Shown piece after piece: positions 58,094-64,000 of a stretch of 64,000 bases of DNA. The stretch's first letter is position 1. Each line of letters begins with the position of its first letter. The DNA comes from Dehalococcoidia bacterium (GTDB taxonomy: Bacteria > Chloroflexota > Dehalococcoidia > Plut-88900): the NCBI GenBank assembly GCA_965207225.1, contig CBDBLV010000002.1, positions 288,001 to 352,000 of the forward strand, given 5' to 3'. Both the position numbers and the translations under genes were made by a program. Below the pieces are notes generated by a model. It did not search any database. It was given only the letters and a program-made list of their open reading frames with translations, and was not told the origin of the DNA.

Positions 58094-59326
58094 TCACTTA
58101 GCCTCAAAGGTGCGGGCCGGCTCCGAATTCACACTGATCGAATAGGATTGACCGGCACCCAAGTCCGAGCCGAGGGGAACAACTGTCTCGACGGAGCGGT
58201 ACTCCGTTGTGCAGACGATGGAGGGGTCAGAGATTTCGCGGTGGGTGATTATTACGTGGAAATCGCCTTCATTGTTCCGGCGTAGCTCGTAGCCGTTGAA
58301 CCGGGAGCAGCCGCTTCCGGTGGGCAGGCCCGACACGATGCGCAATTGGCGCTGGACAGGGTCGGTTTCCAATATCTCCAGATCCCAGCTTTCAATCAGC
58401 GATTCAACAATGTGAGTGTAGCCGAGGTCGGGGGAAGGGATGGAGAATGCCGTGACTACACGGTCGTTAACTATCACGCGGTAGGACTGTCCGGGCTGGA
58501 TTTCATCGCCAAGGTGGAGGACGGTGTCCAGCTCTACAACCTGCTCGTGGCAGGGGATTGCCCATGCGGTGGGCGGAGGCTGCATCAAGGTGACGCTAAC
58601 GAGGATGTCGTTGCCGTCCATTTCAAAGGACTGGTTGCCGGGACGGGCGCAGCCTTCGATGGTGGACTGGTAGTAGTTGACCCTTAGGTAGTTCTCGGGC
58701 TCGTTGGGGATGAGATTGGCAGATACGACACTCACAGGGACTTCCACCCACTGTCGCCAGTCGGGGTTGGATTCGTCGATCAGGTCGGGAGGGGGCTGCA
58801 CGAGGACCAACACCATGTCGACTCGGGTGGGGTTGCCTCCCGTTATCACGTCATGCGCTATGTCATTGATGAAAGCGAGCCGATCATCTGACTCTATTAT
58901 CTTGGCGGTGATGCCGTAGGTGTTTCGGGGGTTGATGTCTTCACGGTTGTATTTGACTTCATAGTCAATGGGGACCTGGCCGGGTGAGGAGGTGGTCTGT
59001 CGGGCGATCAGGACTGACGACGCATCCTGCAAGGAGACGTCCCGCAGCTCGACTACCAGGACTGCGTCCGAGGTAAGCTCCAAGTTTTCTCTGTAGGTAA
59101 CGGTCCCCTTGACGGAAGCGTTTGGCCTGCGCCCGGACACTATTTCGTTGCCGGATGCGGGGGTGGGAGTGGGGCCGTCAACTGATGGTATTGTGGCCGG
59201 AGCACCGGTGGGCGGAGGCGGTGCAAAGGTGGGTGTCGGGACGGACTGCTGGCAAGCAACAATCGGCAATAAGAGCAACCAGGCTGCCACACTGAGAAAC
59301 AGCAAACTGCTCAATTTCTTCTTCAT
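58094..59326 (-). CDS. YbaY/YscW-family lipoprotein with additional C-terminal domains
   Basis: MKKK...IVAC lipobox; VKGTVTYRE...AVLVVELRDVSLQDA...GQVPI. Confidence 0.8.
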   Translation of the reverse strand: MKKKLSSLLFLSVAAWLLLLPIVACQQSVPTPTFAPPPPTGAPATIPSVDGPTPTPASGNEIVSGRRPNASVKGTVTYRENLELTSDAVLVVELRDVSLQDASSVLIARQTTSSPGQVPIDYEVKYNREDINPRNTYGITAKIIESDDRLAFINDIAHDVITGGNPTRVDMVLVLVQPPPDLIDESNPDWRQWVEVPVSVVSANLIPNEPENYLRVNYYQSTIEGCARPGNQSFEMDGNDILVSVTLMQPPPTAWAIPCHEQVVELDTVLHLGDEIQPGQSYRVIVNDRVVTAFSIPSPDLGYTHIVESLIESWDLEILETDPVQRQLRIVSGLPTGSGCSRFNGYELRRNNEGDFHVIITHREISDPSIVCTTEYRSVETVVPLGSDLGAGQSYSISVNSEPARTFEAK

Positions 59327-59458
59327 GTTACAACCTTCCAAACGGTGCTATTATCTCGGGCCTGCATCCGTAAGACGCAGAACAAGCCGGATTTGTTCCC
59401 GACATACATTCCACACTTACCGGCCTGTTTGGTGGCGGGCACTGATTGCGCCCAGCCA

Positions 59459-59977
59459 TCAGTGAGGTCGGGGTTCGGAGAGGGGAGGGGGGCCGTAGGG
59501 ACGAGGGACAGGGGGGCCGGTGAAGGTGACGACTACGCAGGGCATGTTATCGAGGACCTTGCGAGCGAACCAGAAGGGTCCCCACCAGGGAAGCCGCAAC
59601 TTGCGGTTGAGCTTGATAGCGCCGAGGGCAAAGGCGAATCGGCGGCGGGGGAAGCCGGGTCTTTCGGCCCAGCGGTCTATGAAATTGAAGATGTAAGGGA
59701 GCCGTTCGTTGGTCTTCCAGAGAACCTGAGCTTGGCCGGGGATGTCGAACCAGGGCTCGAATTCGACGGTGTGCAGGGTGACATTCGGGTTGGCAGCCAT
59801 GTTGGCCACCCAGTCCCGACGCCCGGGATAGCCCGACAGCACGACTTCTTTGTCGCCGTTCCAGTAGTAGGTGGTCTCGACGGTCCGAAGGCCGCCGGAC
59901 TTGCGCCGGGTCATGGTGAACCGGATTACGAAGCTGTTCTTCAGGATGTGGGTAAGAGGTGGGGGAAGGAGGGGCAT
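59459..59977 (-). CDS. Nitroreductase/deazaflavin-dependent split-barrel family protein
   Basis: TRRKSGGLRTVE...RDWVANMAANPNVT. Confidence 0.7.
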   Translation of the reverse strand: MPLLPPPLTHILKNSFVIRFTMTRRKSGGLRTVETTYYWNGDKEVVLSGYPGRRDWVANMAANPNVTLHTVEFEPWFDIPGQAQVLWKTNERLPYIFNFIDRWAERPGFPRRRFAFALGAIKLNRKLRLPWWGPFWFARKVLDNMPCVVVTFTGPPVPRPYGPPPLSEPRPH

Positions 59978-59980
59978 GGG

Positions 59981-60208
59981 TTACCGGGGAGTGGGGAGGT
60001 CACGGCCTGTCGTTGCAGGGGGCAATGGCCTGCCATCGGCCCTGTATAGTTCAATGGCTTCTTCGACTATCTGACTGAGCTCTGCCATGACTTGCTGTTT
60101 GTCGTTTCCGTGACAACCGCCGTAAATCAATCCGGGAACACTTCCAACGTAACAGTTGTCGACGTCAGACCATTCAACCACTTTCTCGTATCTGTCGTTG
60201 TGATTCAC
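59981..60208 (-). CDS. hicB: HicB-family antitoxin (short form)
   Basis: VEWSDVDNCYVGSVPGL..GCHG...EAIELYRADGRPLP; AGGAG SD. Confidence 0.85.
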   Translation of the reverse strand: MNHNDRYEKVVEWSDVDNCYVGSVPGLIYGGCHGNDKQQVMAELSQIVEEAIELYRADGRPLPPATTGRDLPTPR

Positions 60209-60308
60209 TTACGAATCTCCTAGATGTCGGTGGTTACAAGACGACGGCCGAGTAGTTAATTCATGTGCAATGATCGGGACTGCCGAAAGCAGGGAGGAGG
60301 TGAGAGGT

Positions 60309-60382
60309 TGGCTGGGGAACCAGGATTCGAACCTGGGCTTACGGATCCAGAGTCCGCTGTCCTACCACTAGACGATTCCCCA
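60309..60382 (-). tRNA. tRNA-Gln(CTG)
   Basis: TGGGGAATCGTCTAGTGGTAGGACAGCGGACTCTGGATCCGTAAGCCCAGGTTCGAATCCTGGTTCCCCAGCCA; cloverleaf, U1-A72 pair, encoded CCA. Confidence 0.98.
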
Positions 60383-60433
60383 GTGTGCCTTCATATTAAC
60401 AAACTCTTGCGGGCAAGTCTAAGGGGATGAGAG

Positions 60434-61918
60434 CTAACCGGTGGCCTCGGTTACGGATGACAGCAGATCCGTGGCGTCCTGGATGCGCTTCATACACCGC
60501 TCCTTGCCCAGGACGGACATGGTGTCGAAGAGGGGAGGGGCAGCGGTGCGGCCGGTGACGGCGACTCGGAGAGCCCCGAAGAGCTGGCCTGTCTTGATGC
60601 CGAGGTCGGGGGCGAGGGGGCGGAGGAGGGCTTCAAGGGAGTCGGGATCCCAAGAGTCCAGACTAACGAGGTTGGTCATTGCAGCCTTGAGAGCGGCAAT
60701 GGTGGCATCCCGGTCCATCTTCTTGGGGACCAGGGCGGCAGGGTCATGGGAAATCTCGTTTCCAAAGAAGAAATCGGCGATATCCGGAAGCTCTTCGAGG
60801 GTCTTGATCCGCTCCTGAAGCAAGGGAAGGACGCGTTCGGCGTAGGCCATGTCCAAGGGTCGAGGGACGGATGGGGGGAGTTTGGACTCAAGGATGGGCA
60901 GGGCCTCTTCAACGAAATGGCCTGCGGGCATGTCCCGGAGGTAGACACCGTTCATCCAGCTGAGCTTCGTGATGTCAAAGATTGCGCCGGTCTTTCCGAC
61001 CCGCTCAAGGGTGAAATGTTCGACCAGCTCCTTCCGGGCGAAGAGCTCTGTGTGGTCGTCGAGGGACCAGCCCATGAGGGCCAGGTAGTTGACCATGGCG
61101 TCGGGGACGAACCCGAGTCCCCGGTAGTCCAAGAGGGCAGCGGCGCCGTGACGCTTGCTGAGCTTGGAGCGGTCGGGGCCAAGGATGATGGGGAGGTGGC
61201 CGTACTGGGGAGGGGTCATGCCGAGGGCCTGGTATAGGAGGAGGTGGCGGGGGGTGCTGGAAAGCCACTCCTCGGCGCGCAGGACGTGGGAGATTTTCAT
61301 GAGGTGGTCGTCGACCACGTTGGCCATGTGGTATGTGGGGAATTTGTCGGTCTTGATAAGGACGAAATCACCGAGGATATCCGAGTCAAAAGAGACTTTC
61401 TCGCGAATGCGGTCGTTGAAGGTGATGGTGCGTCCGGTCGGGACCCGGAACCTGACGACGGGGACATCTGCGTCTCCGTTGGCCCTAGCCTCGTTTTCGG
61501 ATACCTCCCTGCAACGGCCGTTGTAGACGGGCATCTGTTTAAGCCTAGACTGCTCATCCCTGGCGGCCTTGAGGCGCTCCGCGGAGCAGTAGCAGTGGTA
61601 GGCAGCACCGCTATCGAGCAGCATGCCGGCATAGTGGTCGTAAATGTCCAGGCGTTCCGACTGGAGGTATGGGCCGAAATCACCCCCGACCTCGGGGCCT
61701 TCGTCCCAGTCGATATCCAGCCAGCGCAGGCTTTCAAGGATAGCCTGGATTGCCCCCTCCTGGGTGCGGGCTTGGTCAGTATCCTCGATGCGGACGATCA
61801 GGCTGCCGCCGTTATGCCGGGCAAAGAGCCAGTTGAAGAGGGCGGTGCGGATATTGCCGACGTGGGGTATGCCGGTCGGGCTTGGGGCGTATCTAACCCT
61901 TACGTTCTTGTCATGCAT
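60434..61918 (-). CDS. gltX: Glutamate--tRNA ligase
   Basis: RYAPSPTG, HVGN (HIGH), RIEDTD, KLSKR. Confidence 0.98.
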   Translation of the reverse strand: MHDKNVRVRYAPSPTGIPHVGNIRTALFNWLFARHNGGSLIVRIEDTDQARTQEGAIQAILESLRWLDIDWDEGPEVGGDFGPYLQSERLDIYDHYAGMLLDSGAAYHCYCSAERLKAARDEQSRLKQMPVYNGRCREVSENEARANGDADVPVVRFRVPTGRTITFNDRIREKVSFDSDILGDFVLIKTDKFPTYHMANVVDDHLMKISHVLRAEEWLSSTPRHLLLYQALGMTPPQYGHLPIILGPDRSKLSKRHGAAALLDYRGLGFVPDAMVNYLALMGWSLDDHTELFARKELVEHFTLERVGKTGAIFDITKLSWMNGVYLRDMPAGHFVEEALPILESKLPPSVPRPLDMAYAERVLPLLQERIKTLEELPDIADFFFGNEISHDPAALVPKKMDRDATIAALKAAMTNLVSLDSWDPDSLEALLRPLAPDLGIKTGQLFGALRVAVTGRTAAPPLFDTMSVLGKERCMKRIQDATDLLSSVTEATG

Positions 61919-61933
61919 GGTCGGTCGGGAACC

Positions 61934-62848
61934 TTAGCGGTTGGTATAGCTTAACGAATCGAGGAAGTTGGACAAGTCCCGGGGCAGGGGAGAGCTCAAC
62001 TCCATCTCCTTACCGGAGAATGGGTGGCTGAATTCAAGGGAGGCGGCGTGGAGGAAGTGGCGTATTAGCTCCGGATGTCGTTTGCCGTATGCGGCGTCGC
62101 CGACTACGGCGTGGCCGATGGCGGCCATGTGGACTCTGATCTGGTGAGTGCGACCCGTGTGCGGAGTGACTCTCAACAGGGTGAAGCAGTCATAGGAAGC
62201 GACGGTCTTGTATCGGGTTTCGGCATCCCTGCCTCCCTGGACGACAGCCATTTCTTTGCGTCGGGTGAAGTGCCTGCCCACGGGGGCCTGGATGACACCC
62301 TCGGGTGGGGAAACCGTACCTTGCACGAGGGCGATATAGGTCTTGGTGATGGTGCGTTTCTTGAACTGGGCGGAGAGGCCTCGATGGGCGGCCTCAGTCT
62401 TAGCCACAAGCAGGAGGCCGGAGGTGTCTTTATCTAGGCGGTGAACGATACCGGGTCTTGACGGGTCTCCGACTCCCACGAGGTCGGGCAGGTAAGAGAG
62501 GAGTGCGTTGGCGAGGGTCCCGGTCTGGTGGCCTGGGGCAGGGTGGGTGGTGAGGCCGGCGGGCTTGTCTACAGCCATGAGGTATTCGTCCTCATAAATG
62601 ATGCATAGAGGGATGGGGTCGGGGGAGGGAGACGGGAACGGGTCGGGGGTGGGGTCCATGTGGAGGGTGTCGGTTGGTTTCAGCCTGTGGCTGGCTTTGG
62701 CGATCTGCCCGTTGACTCGGACCCTTCCCTCGGCGATCAGATGTTGGATGGCAGAACGAGAGAGGTCTGGATAGAGGGCAGCGAGATGCCTGTCCAGTCG
62801 CTCTTTGGAAAGCCGGGGGTCGGTGCTGGGGTCACGGGGGAGAGCCAT
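61934..62848 (-). CDS. rluD: RluA/RluD family pseudouridine synthase
   Basis: S4 domain (ERLD...SRS), GIVHRLDKDTSG, TGRTHQIRVH; start moved to ATG 62848. Confidence 0.93.
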   Translation of the reverse strand: MALPRDPSTDPRLSKERLDRHLAALYPDLSRSAIQHLIAEGRVRVNGQIAKASHRLKPTDTLHMDPTPDPFPSPSPDPIPLCIIYEDEYLMAVDKPAGLTTHPAPGHQTGTLANALLSYLPDLVGVGDPSRPGIVHRLDKDTSGLLLVAKTEAAHRGLSAQFKKRTITKTYIALVQGTVSPPEGVIQAPVGRHFTRRKEMAVVQGGRDAETRYKTVASYDCFTLLRVTPHTGRTHQIRVHMAAIGHAVVGDAAYGKRHPELIRHFLHAASLEFSHPFSGKEMELSSPLPRDLSNFLDSLSYTNR

Positions 62849-63368
62849 CTGCAGCTTTGTCCTTGGAGTCCCGGCTGAATAGCAGGGCTGCGGCGAGGAG
62901 GAGGAACCCGATGGTGATGGAGGAGTCGGCGACGTTAAACACGGGCCAGAATCGGAAGTCCACGAAGTCGACCACGTAGCCGTAGGATATGCGGTCGATG
63001 AGGTTTCCGATGGCGCCTGCAAGCTGCATAGTCAAGCTGATGGCGAGGAGGTTGCTTGCCCTGCCTTCCCGCAGCAGCACGAAGGCAATGACGATCACGC
63101 CGACCGCTGCCGCTATAGTCAGAACAAGGGTCTGGTTAGGGAACAGGCCAAAGGCGCTGCCCGTGTTCCGCACGTAGGTGAGGCGAACCGGGGCGTCCGC
63201 GGGGATGGACTCGCCGACGCTCATGGTGGCGCGTATGACGGCCTTGGTTATCTGGTCGAAGGCGAGTATGAAGGCCCAGTAGGCGAAAAGGAAGAGGGTG
63301 CGGCGCTGTTTGAGCGCGTTGGCGAGTCGGGCTTTCATGGCTAGTACCGAGCGGGTAAATGTTATCAC
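62832..63368 (-). CDS. lspA: Signal peptidase II
   Basis: DQITK, NTGSAFG, GAIGNLIDR, VVDF, FNVADS. Confidence 0.97.
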   Translation of the reverse strand: MITFTRSVLAMKARLANALKQRRTLFLFAYWAFILAFDQITKAVIRATMSVGESIPADAPVRLTYVRNTGSAFGLFPNQTLVLTIAAAVGVIVIAFVLLREGRASNLLAISLTMQLAGAIGNLIDRISYGYVVDFVDFRFWPVFNVADSSITIGFLLLAAALLFSRDSKDKAADGSPP

Positions 63369-63416
63369 GGGGGACGCCCGAACCCCTTGCCGCGAAAAAA
63401 CGGCCCGTGCCTGGAA

Positions 63417-64000
63417 CTAACGGGGTTGGGGGGTGGGTGGAGTTAGAGAAAACTGCTTCAGGAAGAAATCTCCGGCTACGTCTGCCATTTCGCTCAGTTT
63501 GCGAAGCCAGAAATGGTCTTCGCCGGTAACGATGTGGCGCTCGTCCTCCGGGACGGAGGCTATCAGTCTTTCGGCGGGAAGGAAGGCATCGGAGTCTCCG
63601 CAGATGACGAGCTTGGGTCCGGGAATCGACCGCCAACGCTTGCCTGTAACACTGGAGACCACAGGAGAAACGGCAACGAGAGGTGTCGGGCAGGGGGACT
63701 GGGCGGCGAGTCGGATGACCATCTCCGCGCCGAAGGAGTAGCCAGCTAGGGCGAGACCGTCGGGATCAACGCCATCGACTCCGGAGAGGAAAGAGACAGC
63801 GGCCTTCAGGTCCTCGAGTTCGCCACGGCCATCGTCGTAGGAACCTTCGCTGCGGCCTACGCCACGGAAGTTGAACCTGAGGGTCGGGACTTCGAGCCCG
63901 GACAGCTTTTGTGCGAGGGTCACGACCACCCCGTTGTGCATGTCGCCGCCGTACTGGGGGTGGGGATGGGCTATGACAATCGCGGGTCGGGGGCCGGATT
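63417..64000 (-). CDS. Alpha/beta hydrolase (5'-truncated by window edge)
   Basis: HPHPQYGGDMHN, RFNFRGVG, GYSFG, D and HF; frame open to the window end. Confidence 0.9.
   Translation of the reverse strand, partial: SGPRPAIVIAHPHPQYGGDMHNGVVVTLAQKLSGLEVPTLRFNFRGVGRSEGSYDDGRGELEDLKAAVSFLSGVDGVDPDGLALAGYSFGAEMVIRLAAQSPCPTPLVAVSPVVSSVTGKRWRSIPGPKLVICGDSDAFLPAERLIASVPEDERHIVTGEDHFWLRKLSEMADVAGDFFLKQFSLTPPTPQPR

Noticed and set aside
60309-60330. att-site duplication of the tRNA-Gln 3' end
   Set aside because: No second copy was seen by eye in this window.
1-64000. CRISPR array, transposase, integrase or prophage
   Set aside because: No regularly spaced repeats and no such protein motifs were seen.

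Overview
High-GC bacterial chromosomal segment, most likely Chloroflexota (Dehalococcoidia/SAR202-like). This is inferred from the tuf-rpmG-secE-nusG-rplKAJL order without rpoB, the expanded luciferase-like, amidohydrolase and CocE paralogs, and a giant cadherin/Calx-beta surface protein. The ends carry housekeeping genes (translation cluster with an L10 leader at 1-4329; lspA-rluD-gltX-tRNA-Gln at 60309-63368). The middle is dense in C-N bond catabolism: a DMG-oxidase-like enzyme, amidase plus small partner, tandem amidohydrolases, tandem ureohydrolases, D-aminoacylase, a cobalt-type nitrile hydratase operon, LLM oxidoreductases and orphan Na+-decarboxylase beta/gamma subunits. The strongest unexplained signal is the ORF-poor interval 36249-37043. 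It looks like a ~475-nt, highly paired, pseudoknotted minus-strand RNA inside a ~750-nt promoter-driven transcript, matching no RNA family I can recognise by eye. It lies beside a cluster of REP-like repeats, two perfect palindromes and a solitary A/T-rich PD-(D/E)xK nuclease gene. No CRISPR array, integrase or transposase is visible. All calls are by-eye motif recognition; no searches were run.
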